Notes: generated by a model from the sequence alone, not told the origin. 64,000 nucleotides of DNA from Patescibacteria group bacterium (GCA_018816805.1 JAHIVE010000015.1:31104-95103), one strand, 5' to 3'; positions 52,306 to 63,231 are shown, counted from the stretch's first letter. Made by a program: numbers and translations.

Positions 52306-53289
52306 TTATGCTTCCGGAATTTGTAGTATGTTCCAGAATATCTTTTTTATAGCTTCAATTTCTTGTGGCTCGTCCGGTTCTGCGTCAATAACTGTTTCTC
52401 TCCAATATTCCGGGACAGAGTTGTCCTCAAATGATTCCGTGGCAATGTTTAAATACTGAATTTTTGCTGCTCGCAAAGTTGCAAGCAATTCATTTCTGTC
52501 AATTTCCACCATTGTTTCTTCACAAAGTATTTTTGTAAGAATTCTTTCAATATTTGCTAAAACATCCAAATAAACGTGCTTATCCTTTTTTTCTACAGTC
52601 TGAAGGCTAGCTAATAATTGCATCAATGCATCCATTGTGTTTGAAGAAATTTCATCAATTGCTGCTAATTGTATGAATTCAAACGGCACATCATCTCGAT
52701 TATATAAACTGTCAATTATTAATGCATTTCCTTCCACAATAGGTTCTAGTGGCTCTTCGGATACTTTCCTGTCCATTTCAGCACATTTTATATAAGCCGA
52801 ATAAGAACAATGCCCTTGAAGTTCATCAAGCAAATGTTCGTTAATTTGGCAGTAGAGTAACCAGCCCGAATAAAAATATGGATATTCCTTTAGCAAAACT
52901 TCGAGCAATTTTTCGCCAAGTTCCATGTCGCTATCTGTTTCGAATTCCATAATTGATTCAGCCAATTCAAACCAGTGAAGAGGATTGATTGGTATTTCAG
53001 CTCTTTGAAGAATTGCGTGAGCGAGTGACCTGCAAAGGCTGTTGTATTTTTCACAAGGGGTTTCTAGAAATTCACAATGATTTGAAAAAAGCACTTCTGC
53101 AACAAGTTCGACTCCATTTTGGTGCTCAACCAATACGCGTGATAAAAAATCAAGTACTTCGTCGGCTTGAGTTGCTTCAAGATCTTCGGACATTTGCGTT
53201 GCAATAGCTTTAGCAGCTGCTTGAATTTCTTCCTGGTTGCTAAAATCAATTGCGGCTAAATCAAGTTCCTTTGCCCCCTCCAATCCCAT
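52306..53289 (-). CDS. Hypothetical acidic alpha-helical protein
   Basis: 327-aa ORF within the operon. Confidence 0.65.
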   Translation of the reverse strand: MGLEGAKELDLAAIDFSNQEEIQAAAKAIATQMSEDLEATQADEVLDFLSRVLVEHQNGVELVAEVLFSNHCEFLETPCEKYNSLCRSLAHAILQRAEIPINPLHWFELAESIMEFETDSDMELGEKLLEVLLKEYPYFYSGWLLYCQINEHLLDELQGHCSYSAYIKCAEMDRKVSEEPLEPIVEGNALIIDSLYNRDDVPFEFIQLAAIDEISSNTMDALMQLLASLQTVEKKDKHVYLDVLANIERILTKILCEETMVEIDRNELLATLRAAKIQYLNIATESFEDNSVPEYWRETVIDAEPDEPQEIEAIKKIFWNILQIPEA

Positions 53290-53298
53290 GTTTTGTTG

Positions 53299-54036
53299 TT
53301 ACAGGAGGGAAGTTATAACTGTTATCGCGCCGAGCGTCAATAAATATACACCAAAAATGTAGAGGGGATGTTTCTTTAAAAACTTCATTAACCAAGAAAC
53401 TGCGGCCAATCCGGAAAGAAAAGCTGCAATGAAACCTGCAGATAAAGTTGAAATGCTGAGGGATATTTCTGAGAGGTCAAAGGCAGTTAATAGTCCGGCA
53501 CCCGCAATTGCTATTGAACCAAGCATAAACGAAAATCTGGCGGCTTCTTCGCGCTTTAGACCGAGCATTTTGCCAGTGAAAATTGTTGAGCCGGAGCGGG
53601 AAACGCCGGGAATAAGTGCAACTGCTTGCGCGATTCCTATGGCTAGGACTTTTGGCCAGGTCATTTTTGAGTCTTTGAATGCGAATTTTTCCGGGATCAT
53701 GTAGAGCGCGCCAACGACTATCATTACAATTCCAACGGCTGTTGCGCTTCTAAAAATTGTGTCTATTTGGTCTGCGAGCGTGAACCCCGCAATGGCGGCA
53801 GGAATGGAACCTAAAATCAGCCAGGGCCAATATTTTGGGTTGATGATGTCGCGGCGGAAGTAAATTAAAATTGCAAGCAGGGTTGCTACGTGAAGGACTA
53901 CGTCAAAATCTTTCAGGTCCGCGACTTGTAGCTTAAAGACAGTTTCGGCAAGAACCAAATGGCCGGACGAAGAAATTGGAAGAAATTCCGTAATTCCTTG
54001 AAGGATGCCGAGTAGGATTGCTTGGAGGAGAGACAT
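53299..54036 (-). CDS. uppP: Undecaprenyl-diphosphate phosphatase
   Basis: QGITEFLPISSSGH, PGVSRSG and AARFSF motifs. Confidence 0.97.
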   Translation of the reverse strand: MSLLQAILLGILQGITEFLPISSSGHLVLAETVFKLQVADLKDFDVVLHVATLLAILIYFRRDIINPKYWPWLILGSIPAAIAGFTLADQIDTIFRSATAVGIVMIVVGALYMIPEKFAFKDSKMTWPKVLAIGIAQAVALIPGVSRSGSTIFTGKMLGLKREEAARFSFMLGSIAIAGAGLLTAFDLSEISLSISTLSAGFIAAFLSGLAAVSWLMKFLKKHPLYIFGVYLLTLGAITVITSLL

Positions 54037-55604
54037 TAGTGCTTGAATGAGCGAATTCCGGTGTGGACCATTGCTAAGCCCAGCTCGTCCGCTTTGCGGG
54101 TGACTTCGTCATCACGGATGGAACCGCCGGGTTGGATAATAGCGTGAATGCCGGCTTCACTTGCTTCCACAACCGCGTCCGGGAATGGGAAGAAGGCGTC
54201 TGAGGCCATTACTGAACCGGGGACTCGGTCGCCACCTTTGCGGCGAGCTATCATTACGCTGTCCACTCTGGACATTTGGCCCGCCCCTATTCCGGTTGCG
54301 ACAGAGCCGCCTTTGCTGTGTTTTTTTGCGAACACTACGGCGTTTGATTTGACGTGCTTGACCAGGACGCGGGCAAAAAGCATGGCTTCAATTTCGTCTT
54401 CTGAGGGTTTTTCTTTGGTTACAACTTTTAAGTCATCTTTTGTTACTACGTATTGGTCTGCGGTTTGGATGAGCATGCCTCCTGAAACGGTTTTAATTGA
54501 GCGTTGGTTTGGGTTTTTACGGAGTGGTCCGGTTTCAAGGAGGCGGAGGTTTTCGCGTTTTTTGAGGTTTTTTAGGGCTTCGTCCTCAAATGAGGGCGCA
54601 ATAATTATTTCAACAAAAAGTTTGTTTTTTTGTATGTAATCCGTGATTTCTTTTGTGCATGGCCGGTTTAAGGCAATTACGCAGCCAAAAGCGGAAAGCG
54701 GGTCAACTTCATAAGCCAAGGTGAATGCGTCTGAGATTTTAGAGGCGGTTGCGGCGCCGCATGGGTTTAAGTGTTTTATAACTGCTGCGGCGGGTTTTTC
54801 GTAATCTTTTACAAGTTCGAGCGCCGCGTCTGTGTCCAGGATGTTGTTGAAGGAAAGTTGTTTGCCTTGGAGAACTTTTGCGTTTGTAACGTTTGGAAAA
54901 TGGTCGGCTGGGTCACGGAAGAATGCGGCTTTTTGGTGCGGATTTTCCCCGTAACGAAGAGACATGACTTTTTCATAGTGGAGGTCTAGGAGTTCCACCG
55001 GTTCGCCTTTGTAACGGAGGTAGTCGGCTATTGCGTGGTCATAATTTGAGGTTTTTTCAAAAACGGTGATAGCCAGGCTGCGACGGGTTTCAAAAGAGAT
55101 GCCGCCTTGTTTTAGCTCTTCAATTATTGTTTGGTAGTCGCGAATTGCAGTTACGACGGTGACAAATTGGAAATTTTTGGCTGCGGAGCGGAGCATTGTT
55201 GGGCCGCCAATATCGATTTGTTCGATTGCTTCGTCTTCGGTTACACCTTCCCTGCTGACTGTTTCTTTGAATGGGTAAAGGTTGACCACAACCATGTCTA
55301 TTGGTTTTATGCCGTGTTTTTGGGCTTCTTCTTCATCCTGGCCTCTTCTCATGAGGATACCGCCGTGGACGAGTGGATGGAGAGTTTTTAGTCGTCCTCC
55401 CATCATTTCCTGAAAGCCGGTGAAGTCTGAAATGTCAGTAACAGGTATATTTGCTTCTTTGATAGCTTTTGCCGTGCCGCCTGTTGAAAGAATTTCTGCG
55501 CCGTGTTCATTAAGTGCACGGGCAAGCGGAATAAGATCCGTTTTATCTGAAACGCTTAGAAGTGCGCGCTCAATTTTACGGACGGAAGCTTGGTCCAAGC
55601 TCAT
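54036..55604 (-). CDS. purH: Bifunctional AICAR formyltransferase/IMP cyclohydrolase
   Basis: [29 protein letters not shown] and SDAFFPF motifs. Confidence 0.98.
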   Translation of the reverse strand: MSLDQASVRKIERALLSVSDKTDLIPLARALNEHGAEILSTGGTAKAIKEANIPVTDISDFTGFQEMMGGRLKTLHPLVHGGILMRRGQDEEEAQKHGIKPIDMVVVNLYPFKETVSREGVTEDEAIEQIDIGGPTMLRSAAKNFQFVTVVTAIRDYQTIIEELKQGGISFETRRSLAITVFEKTSNYDHAIADYLRYKGEPVELLDLHYEKVMSLRYGENPHQKAAFFRDPADHFPNVTNAKVLQGKQLSFNNILDTDAALELVKDYEKPAAAVIKHLNPCGAATASKISDAFTLAYEVDPLSAFGCVIALNRPCTKEITDYIQKNKLFVEIIIAPSFEDEALKNLKKRENLRLLETGPLRKNPNQRSIKTVSGGMLIQTADQYVVTKDDLKVVTKEKPSEDEIEAMLFARVLVKHVKSNAVVFAKKHSKGGSVATGIGAGQMSRVDSVMIARRKGGDRVPGSVMASDAFFPFPDAVVEASEAGIHAIIQPGGSIRDDEVTRKADELGLAMVHTGIRSFKH

Positions 55605-55643
55605 GATTTTTAAGGTTAGAGCGTGGAGAGTTTACTCTTAAGT

Positions 55644-55895
55644 TCAAGGCAAATCAATACCTCCCTTGCTCCAGGGGTTGCAACGGATGATTCGCCATAA
55701 GCCTTTTAGTCCGCCTTTAATAAGGCCGTAACGACCGATTGCCGTGTGCGAATAGGCTGAGCAAGAGGGTGTAAAGCGGCAAAATCCACCCGGAAAACGA
55801 TGACGGAGCCAGGAATGGTCCGGGGAAATTGTTTTTTGGTAAAAACGGATTAGGAGTTGGGCTATGCGGCGTGGAAGGTAGAGGAGGTGGTTCAT
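55644..55895 (-). CDS. yidD: Membrane protein insertion efficiency factor
   Basis: YQKTISP, CRFTPSCS.Y and RIIRCNPW motifs. Confidence 0.93.
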   Translation of the reverse strand: MNHLLYLPRRIAQLLIRFYQKTISPDHSWLRHRFPGGFCRFTPSCSAYSHTAIGRYGLIKGGLKGLWRIIRCNPWSKGGIDLP

Positions 55896-55964
55896 AAGTG
55901 TTTAAAAGTAGTTGCTCCCGTTGGTCGCCTTTTTTTTAGGCACCCTCCGCTAACGCTTCGGGTG

Positions 55965-57131
55965 TTACCAAACGCCCATCACTTTCGGGTTGAGCTTTGT
56001 TCCGTTGTAGTGAATTTCAAAGTGAAGGTGAACTCCGGTTCGGCCCCAAACTTGGCCGGTGTTACCCATTGCGGAGATAACTTGACCTTGAACGACAGTT
56101 TCACCGGGGCTGACGTAAAGTGTGTCGCTGTGACCATAAAGAGTTTCGTAACCGTTTCCGTGGTCTATAATAATTTCATTTCCGTAGCCACCGTTCCATC
56201 CGTATGCGGCTTTTGTTACGACTCCGTCCGCAACGGCGTAAATTGGAGTACCTTTTTTGTTTGCAATGTCGTACGCGTAATGACCGCCGTAACAGAGATA
56301 GCCACAGGAAATTATACCTGTTGTTGGGCGTATCCAGCCTAGTTCATTTGGTGGGATTTCGTAGTAAAGTTGAGTTGGTTGTGAGTAAGAGCCGGATGTT
56401 TTAACAGGTTGAGCAATGTAGACTACTTCTGGTCGGCCATCCATTACAAAAAGTTGTTCCCCTGCAATCAACTCACTATCTTCTGAAATGCCGTTGAATT
56501 CAATGGTTTTGTCTAAGTTCCCTTTGTGTTTTTCAACAAGTTTCACCAGTGAATCTCCCTCTTTTATGTCTACATAAATACCATCTTTTGGTGGGATGGT
56601 AAGATCCTGACCTATCTTTAAAAAGTCTGTGAGACCCGTGTTTGCGTATTTAATTGAGTTGACTGAAACTCCGTATCTGTATGCAAGGACTGAAAGTGTT
56701 TCGCCTTTTTGAACTTCATGCGTTACTTTTTCAGTGCGATTTTGGTCGTATATTGCTTCACCTTCAAGAGGCATGGATTTGATAATATAGCCTTCATCGT
56801 CAGTTATTAGTTCTCCCGCAAGGTCTAAAGTTAGATATTCGGCGCCTGCGTCTCCTCCGTAATAATTAGCGTGAGTTACATTGACTGAAGTGAATACCAA
56901 AAGGACCATGCTCCAGATTGAAACTTGTGCGTAAAGGCGTTTTGGCGCCGGAAGATTGTCTAGCGGGTGCATAAAAGCCGAGAAGTGTTTTTTGGATGGC
57001 TTCAGAAAGCGGATTATCTTTACTAAAATTCGCTTAAAATGAAACCATAGCCTTCCCGTGAAGGAGTGAAATTGTCCTTCATACAATTTTTTATGTCGCT
57101 CTTTTTTTGCTTCAATATTAATCTTGCTCAT
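55965..57131 (-). CDS. LysM-domain M23 family peptidase
   Basis: LysM HEVQKGETLS; M23 motifs HYAYD, GGYGN, YGH and HLHFEI. Confidence 0.93.
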   Translation of the reverse strand: MSKINIEAKKERHKKLYEGQFHSFTGRLWFHFKRILVKIIRFLKPSKKHFSAFMHPLDNLPAPKRLYAQVSIWSMVLLVFTSVNVTHANYYGGDAGAEYLTLDLAGELITDDEGYIIKSMPLEGEAIYDQNRTEKVTHEVQKGETLSVLAYRYGVSVNSIKYANTGLTDFLKIGQDLTIPPKDGIYVDIKEGDSLVKLVEKHKGNLDKTIEFNGISEDSELIAGEQLFVMDGRPEVVYIAQPVKTSGSYSQPTQLYYEIPPNELGWIRPTTGIISCGYLCYGGHYAYDIANKKGTPIYAVADGVVTKAAYGWNGGYGNEIIIDHGNGYETLYGHSDTLYVSPGETVVQGQVISAMGNTGQVWGRTGVHLHFEIHYNGTKLNPKVMGVW

Positions 57132-57218
57132 CTTGAGAATGATTGCAGATATTTAATTTAGGGTCAAGGGTCTAGCTAAAAGTTGCACTTGTGGGGAATT
57201 CGCAAGTAGTATGCGCAT

Positions 57219-58922
57219 ATGACTATTAAAATTCTCAGCGACAATTTGATTTCGCAGATTGCGGCCGGAGAAGTGATTGAGAGGCCTGCGTCTGTTGTGA
57301 AAGAGCTTGTGGAAAACAGTATTGATGCGGGAGCAACGCGGGTTTTTTTGGAGATTGAAGATGCGGGAATGAAGAAAATCAGAGTTTCTGACAACGGGTG
57401 TGGGATTGAGGAGGATCAGGTTGGTTTGGCTTTTTCACGGCATGCAACTAGTAAAATTTCTTCAGTGGAGGATTTGTTTAAAATTGGGAGTTTGGGTTTT
57501 AGAGGTGAGGCGCTTTCAAGTATTGCGAGTGTTTCACGTGTGAGAATGGAGACAAAGGCACAAGGAGCTAGAAATGGGTCGCTTTTGGAATTGGATGGGG
57601 GCAAGGAGATTAAGCTTGAAGATGCTGCTGCTAGTGAGGGAACGGATATTTCTGTTCTTGGTCTTTTTCATCACACGCCGGCGCGGAAGAAATTTATGAA
57701 GTCGGAGAGAACGGAATATGGGCGAATTTTTGATATGGTTGCGGGGATTGCTTTGGCGCATCCGGAAGTGGGTTTGAGGTTGGTTAGAGATGGATCTCAA
57801 GTTTTGGAACTTCCTGATGGACAGGATTTGAAGGAGAGAATTCGGTCGCTTTTTGGTGGGTCCGTTGCGGTTGCGCTTGTGCCGGTGCAGTTTCATCAGT
57901 CGAATTTGTTGATTAGTGGTTTTGTTGGGAAACCGGAGGTGGCGCGGTCGTCAAAAAAATATCAATTTGTGTTTGTGAATGGGCGGGCTATTGAAAGTAA
58001 GTTGGTAGCGAGTGCGGTGAAGGAAGCGTTTCATTCGCTTTTGATGCATGAAAAATATCCATGGTTTTTATTAAATATTCAGATAGATCCTCAGTTTGTG
58101 GATGTGAATGTGCATCCACGGAAATTGGAAGTTAAGTTTTTGAATCAGCAGGAGGTTTTTAGGGCAGTTCGCGGTGCTACAGCTGCTGCGCTTGAGAGTG
58201 CGACTTTGAGTCCGATTGTAAAGAGTTCACCGGCTGTTGAAGCACAGGAATTTAGACCTCTTAATATGGAGCTTCAAGCGAGAAGTTTTAATGTCCCTGT
58301 TTTGCCTCAGGGAAGTGCAGAGATTTTTGAAGTGGAAGGAGCGCGTCTTAGGCCGGTTGCGCAAATTGCGGCTTCTTATATTATTGCGGAGGGTGAAGAG
58401 GGTTTGGTTTTGATTGATCAGCATGCGGCGCATGAGCGGGTTAGATATGAGCGACTGATTGCGGATTTGGAGAATGAGTCTTTGAAAAGTCAGGTACTTT
58501 TGGCGCCGCTTGAGATGGATTTGGGAGTGGAGGGAGCTAGGCTTTTGGATGAGTATTTGAAAGATTTTCAGGCGCTTGGATTTGATTTGGAGCCGTTTGG
58601 AGATTCGACTTTTTTACTTAGGGCGGTGCCAGTTGGTCTGGAAAAACGGGATCCTGAGTCTGTTGTTCGGGAGATTGTTGCTGATGTTCAAGAGGAGTGG
58701 GGGCAAAATCATGTTAAAAATGTGCGAGAGGTTGTTTTAACTTATACGGCGTGTCGAGGGGCTGTGAAGTTTGGGGATACACTTACAATGAGTGAGATGG
58801 AGGCATTGGTGAGGGATATGGAAAAAACGGTTAATTCAAGTCATTGTCCGCATGGGCGGCCGGCGGTTGTGACGCTTACTTATGACAAATTGGAGGAGAT
58901 GTTTAAGAGGAGGAATTTTTGA
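57219..58922 (+). CDS. mutL: DNA mismatch repair endonuclease MutL
   Basis: IAAGEVIERP, GFRGEAL, DQHAAHERVRYE and CPHGRP motifs. Confidence 0.99.
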   Translation: MTIKILSDNLISQIAAGEVIERPASVVKELVENSIDAGATRVFLEIEDAGMKKIRVSDNGCGIEEDQVGLAFSRHATSKISSVEDLFKIGSLGFRGEALSSIASVSRVRMETKAQGARNGSLLELDGGKEIKLEDAAASEGTDISVLGLFHHTPARKKFMKSERTEYGRIFDMVAGIALAHPEVGLRLVRDGSQVLELPDGQDLKERIRSLFGGSVAVALVPVQFHQSNLLISGFVGKPEVARSSKKYQFVFVNGRAIESKLVASAVKEAFHSLLMHEKYPWFLLNIQIDPQFVDVNVHPRKLEVKFLNQQEVFRAVRGATAAALESATLSPIVKSSPAVEAQEFRPLNMELQARSFNVPVLPQGSAEIFEVEGARLRPVAQIAASYIIAEGEEGLVLIDQHAAHERVRYERLIADLENESLKSQVLLAPLEMDLGVEGARLLDEYLKDFQALGFDLEPFGDSTFLLRAVPVGLEKRDPESVVREIVADVQEEWGQNHVKNVREVVLTYTACRGAVKFGDTLTMSEMEALVRDMEKTVNSSHCPHGRPAVVTLTYDKLEEMFKRRNF

Positions 58923-59007
58923 ATTTGATTGACAAGAGGTAAATTGTTGGAGAGCATCTGACTGAATTATTATCCACGCAAAAATGAATGCGACTGCAGC
59001 GAGATAA

Positions 59008-61104
59008 TTACTTGTACAGCAACTTCAATTCCAAGTTGTTTTTGAATTCACCGTTAAGAGTGTAGTCTGTGCCTTCCCTGTTTTCGGTTGCAAGAGGAGT
59101 TGAAGAGAGCATTAGGTAATCTTCTGCGTTGACTGTTTTTTCGTATCGGATTGCGCGGAGGCCGGGTTGGCGGTACATGCGGAAAATGTATTCATCAAAG
59201 TTTTTGCCGAGTGACCAAGGAAGACCGTAGATGATGGATATTGTTTTGGTTTCGCCGGATTGGACGGTTTGGTCAATGTAGTAGTATTGGATGGCGTTTT
59301 GTGGGTCGTAGAAGAGCTGGATTTCATCACGCAAGATTCCTTTGGTGTCCAGGATGACGGAGCCTTCCGGGACGTAGATGCGGATTCCGGTGTGGGATGG
59401 GCCGGCGCCTAGTACTTTTTCAAGGTGTTCGTCCCATTTTGTGAAGCCGTAGGACGAGAGGACGTTTTTGAGCCAGGCGAGTGTGTCCGGCGTAAATGTG
59501 TTTGTACGAGTTAAAGTGAGGGCGTTTACTATTGTGCCGTCGTGGAAAATTTGGGTTTCATGCTTAAGGTCCGTCTGCATGTAGCGGTCTGTTTTGTTGG
59601 CGCCAATGTTGGTGAAAATTGGCATCAGGAAGTCGTCTTCCAGGGTTGAGAGAGGGGGAATTGTGCCGTCCAAATTCATTGATTCAATGAATTTTTGGGC
59701 GGCGGGGTCTTTGTGGTAAACCAGAACTTGTTTTTTCTTAGCTTCGTCGTAGAGGGCAAAGCCAACTTTGGCAACTAAAGTTTGGTTGTCCAGTTTGGCT
59801 GCGAAAGCGTCAATAATTTCACTCAAAACTTGTTTTGGAGAAGACTGACCGTATGTTTTTGCTTCAACCAAAGTGCTTAAAACCGCCGGCAACGTTTCTG
59901 CGGTGAGTTCTTTTTGTAGCGAAGGTATTTTGATTGGACCGACTGTTTCCAGGAGAGTTTGTGCAGTTGATAAGTTTACTGCAATCACGCCGTCCGCGCT
60001 TGGGCCGCCTTCTTGTTCCAAAAACCAGAGGGCTTTTTGGGCTGAGGATGGGAAGTCCGGGTAAATGTTTGCGTCACGGAGACGCCACTCCGGTGTGAGT
60101 TCTTTCAGTTCATGAATTGGTACTTCTTGGTGCTCAAAGTAGAGGTTGTCCAGTTCATAAACGTCATGGAAGGAGATGTTTTCAATGCGGCCGTCGTTGA
60201 TATCAACTATAAGGTAGCTTCCTGTGAAGCCGCCTCCGGGACGGAGTTCGTCATTGTTTTCTAAGAGAACCAGGTAGCGCTGCGGGTAGCGGTCTCCAAG
60301 TAATGTGAGTAGTGGTTCTTTTGCGCTGATCCAGAGGTCCAGGAGGGTTTGGAGGGCGTTGATTTTGTCTCTAAAAGACATGAAGTCTGATAGGTAGTCG
60401 GTGCCGGTTAGGTCTACTTCATCAAGCAGCGCGTTGATTTGTTTGAGTTTGTCTGAGGCGGGTTCAATTTGACTTTCTGAGACTGAGCGGAGGTAGTCTG
60501 TGAGAGAGCCTTCCTTGGGTAAATTGTTGAAGGAGGTTTTTGCGTTTGCAAGGTGTTGTCCAACTTCTGACATCAGAGAACCTGCTTCCAGGAGATTTCT
60601 GAGAGAGCGAACTTCTTTTGGTTCGGGGAGCCAGTCGGATTCGTTCGCTAAAAGGAAGCGGCCTTTGTTTTCAGCTTCTGCGAATAGTTTGTCAGCCTCA
60701 GTAAACAATAGTGAGTCTGCGCCTTCCTCCCCTGTTAATACGGATTCGCTGGCCGATTTTAAGGAAGTGAAGGCTTCTGAGGCAATGGCTAGGGCGTCAT
60801 TGCCGCGGGATTTTCCAAGGAAAAGTGCCTGGCCAACATTGAGACAAACTATGATTAGAAGTGCAGCGGCGACCATTGGCATGCGGCCAAGGCCTTGTTT
60901 TTCAGCTGAAAGTTCACCGACTATGCAGATTCTGCCGGGAAGTGAGTCTGATTTTGATTTGATTTCATCTTTTATGTTGATTGCGGCTGCGGGTTTTTCT
61001 TTTGGTGCATCCGTTTGGGTTTTCACGTTTAAAACATGTTCGGACAAGCGGTCCTTTGCAAAGGGTTTTTCATTTTCCGGTCCTATGTCTAAGCGAATTA
61101 TCAT
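59008..61104 (-). CDS. DUF4012-type membrane-anchored protein
   Basis: YLVLLENNDELRPGGGF, RDANIYPDFP and NIGANKTD motifs. Confidence 0.85.
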   Translation of the reverse strand: MIIRLDIGPENEKPFAKDRLSEHVLNVKTQTDAPKEKPAAAINIKDEIKSKSDSLPGRICIVGELSAEKQGLGRMPMVAAALLIIVCLNVGQALFLGKSRGNDALAIASEAFTSLKSASESVLTGEEGADSLLFTEADKLFAEAENKGRFLLANESDWLPEPKEVRSLRNLLEAGSLMSEVGQHLANAKTSFNNLPKEGSLTDYLRSVSESQIEPASDKLKQINALLDEVDLTGTDYLSDFMSFRDKINALQTLLDLWISAKEPLLTLLGDRYPQRYLVLLENNDELRPGGGFTGSYLIVDINDGRIENISFHDVYELDNLYFEHQEVPIHELKELTPEWRLRDANIYPDFPSSAQKALWFLEQEGGPSADGVIAVNLSTAQTLLETVGPIKIPSLQKELTAETLPAVLSTLVEAKTYGQSSPKQVLSEIIDAFAAKLDNQTLVAKVGFALYDEAKKKQVLVYHKDPAAQKFIESMNLDGTIPPLSTLEDDFLMPIFTNIGANKTDRYMQTDLKHETQIFHDGTIVNALTLTRTNTFTPDTLAWLKNVLSSYGFTKWDEHLEKVLGAGPSHTGIRIYVPEGSVILDTKGILRDEIQLFYDPQNAIQYYYIDQTVQSGETKTISIIYGLPWSLGKNFDEYIFRMYRQPGLRAIRYEKTVNAEDYLMLSSTPLATENREGTDYTLNGEFKNNLELKLLYK

Positions 61105-62237
61105 TTAGCCGGTGTGAAATAATTACGAGAATAAATGCCGTCATCAAAAATTTTGTAGGTGCTTTCCAGGGTGCCAATATCTGTTTTTATAGAGCTGTAT
61201 TTTTCCGCGCCATCGAAAATTCTGTTTTCAGGTGGTGCTGCAGATTGGTCTGTCACAAAAAGTAATTGTTGGTCTTCCGAGGAGTTCCAGCCATACCAGT
61301 ATTCTTCCTTTGGCATGTCTTTTGATTGGTAATTATATTTAAATGCTGTGGCCATGGCTGGGTCGAGCTGCATGAGTACATCATGAATGCGCTCAAGGTC
61401 TTGTGGCAAGTTTTGACCTCCAATTACAAGTTTGTAACCGTCCGGGGCTGTGCTTAAAGCCAAGGCTTGGTATTTGTCAGTGTTTCTTAATATTCCGCCT
61501 TCGTAATTTGACTTGTCTACTGCTAGGAATGATTCCATGTACCATTCGTCTTGGCCAAATTCAATGGTTCCGGCAAGATCCGGGAAAATTTGGAGGACAG
61601 AAGAGAAAATGGGCTGTGGGATTGTTTCAAATCTATTTGAGAGACTGGATTCAGCGTTTTGAAGGTTAAAGTAGAAAAATGCTGAATGTATCCTTGGTAG
61701 TCTGCCTTCAACGTTTATGTAATTTGAGGTTGATGATATTGGTTTGATTTCGCCTTTTTTGACGGATTTGAGCTCTTGTAAGGCTTCCTCTGAGGACGAA
61801 ACGGCAACAATTCGTCCAAAAAATTCAAAATTAAAGTCTGTGTTTTGAAAATATTCCGTTGCGGCTTTTTTGGAGCGAGTCGAAAGGAAATAAACAAAAT
61901 CTTTTTTTGTAAGTGCCACGCCAAAATCCCCCGTAAACCAGTCTAGGTTTTCGAGGTCGAAACCAACGAAATCTTGGATTTTTGCTTTCATTTGAGGAGT
62001 GGAAATTTGCGAGGTGTCCGGAAGAGATTCTGCCGCCTTTGCGTAGTTTGGAACGGAAAGAACCATGAAGCCCAAAGTTGTGTTTTCAGGCAGAAGTTTT
62101 GCCAAGTCCGGAAGTTCATTCAGCTTGGTAAGGAGAATGAGTGCCGAGAGGCTAAAAAAACAAATGACGCTAAGAGCTGCTAGGCTTAGCGAGAGAATTT
62201 TTTCAGGAATGGCGAGTCTTGATTTCTTTTTTGTCAT
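61101..62237 (-). CDS. Membrane-anchored hypothetical protein (possibly DUF3352-like)
   Basis: N-terminal TM; LLPENT...W..G...VA pattern; likely start MTKKK. Confidence 0.7.
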   Translation of the reverse strand: MTKKKSRLAIPEKILSLSLAALSVICFFSLSALILLTKLNELPDLAKLLPENTTLGFMVLSVPNYAKAAESLPDTSQISTPQMKAKIQDFVGFDLENLDWFTGDFGVALTKKDFVYFLSTRSKKAATEYFQNTDFNFEFFGRIVAVSSSEEALQELKSVKKGEIKPISSTSNYINVEGRLPRIHSAFFYFNLQNAESSLSNRFETIPQPIFSSVLQIFPDLAGTIEFGQDEWYMESFLAVDKSNYEGGILRNTDKYQALALSTAPDGYKLVIGGQNLPQDLERIHDVLMQLDPAMATAFKYNYQSKDMPKEEYWYGWNSSEDQQLLFVTDQSAAPPENRIFDGAEKYSSIKTDIGTLESTYKIFDDGIYSRNYFTPAK

Positions 62238-62342
62238 GATTTCAAGGCGCAAACAAAGACATTATACCAGACAAGTGGACAAGTCCAAACCTGTTTGTCT
62301 GGACAGGTTTTACGGGTAGTTCTTGGTTTATTTAGTGACTAG

Positions 62343-63146
62343 TCATGGTATTTTTTGTTTGCTTCTGAAGATTTTATCAATCGCATGTGAAATCTGATGA
62401 TGATCTTTGCACAAAGGTGCAATGTAATACGGATTATGCTGCCCGGTCATTGCAAACCTGTCCTGATGGTGTAAGTTCACAGCCTCCCTTTTACAACCTC
62501 TTACGGCACAATTAGTTCCATGCTCTTTTTGTACAACCCTCTTGGTTTCTACCGGCACATGCCGTGACTGTTTTTCAGGCAAATTAGCGGCGATTTTTTG
62601 CTTTTCTTCTTCAATCTCGTGCTCCCTGCGTTCAAGAAACCCCAAGATCATTTCATTTACATCTATCCCCCTCTCCTGTAAATCTGCCAATCTTCCAGCT
62701 ACCTCCTCAGAAAGTTCTAAAGTGTGCCCGGGCACACTTTTCTCTCCATCTTTTGGCTTGCCTAGGCCATTTCGCATATCATGAATGTAAGTTTCCACAG
62801 CACTTTTTGACAGGGTTTTTACAACCCCAATCAACTCTTCTTCATTCTCAGGGGTCGCAACTGAAGCAACTCGCACCAATTTATTCACGCTACACTCACC
62901 GCTTCGCAAAAGACCCTGTAAAATTGGCGTTTTTTCAAACTTTCCATCTACATTAATAATCCTACGAACCTGTTTCTCACTTAAACCCGCTAACTTAAAC
63001 GCAAATTCAAAAATAGACCCGAAACCCTTTTTTTCATAAAGTCGCCGCTCAAAAACTTCCGGCAACAATCCTTCAAATTTCTGCCGCCACAAAAGTGCCT
63101 GACGGCCGTACTTTTTACAAAGCTTATATAGTTCCGAATCTGTCAT
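62343..63146 (-). CDS. HNH endonuclease with N-terminal helical (DUF222-like) domain
   Basis: C-terminal CAVRGC...HH...N....PLCKDHH; N-terminal LY...GF.SIFEF....AGLS motif. Confidence 0.85.
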   Translation of the reverse strand: MTDSELYKLCKKYGRQALLWRQKFEGLLPEVFERRLYEKKGFGSIFEFAFKLAGLSEKQVRRIINVDGKFEKTPILQGLLRSGECSVNKLVRVASVATPENEEELIGVVKTLSKSAVETYIHDMRNGLGKPKDGEKSVPGHTLELSEEVAGRLADLQERGIDVNEMILGFLERREHEIEEEKQKIAANLPEKQSRHVPVETKRVVQKEHGTNCAVRGCKREAVNLHHQDRFAMTGQHNPYYIAPLCKDHHQISHAIDKIFRSKQKIP

Positions 63147-63231
63147 TTTGATGGGATTAGGGACTTATAATTATATCAAAAAACCCGCAGCCCAAAAGCA
63201 AAACTACCCATTTCAGCTGGACATAATCCAT

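Noticed and set aside
58970..58978. DnaA-box-like ttatccacg after mutL
   Set aside because: A single 8/9 match is expected by chance.
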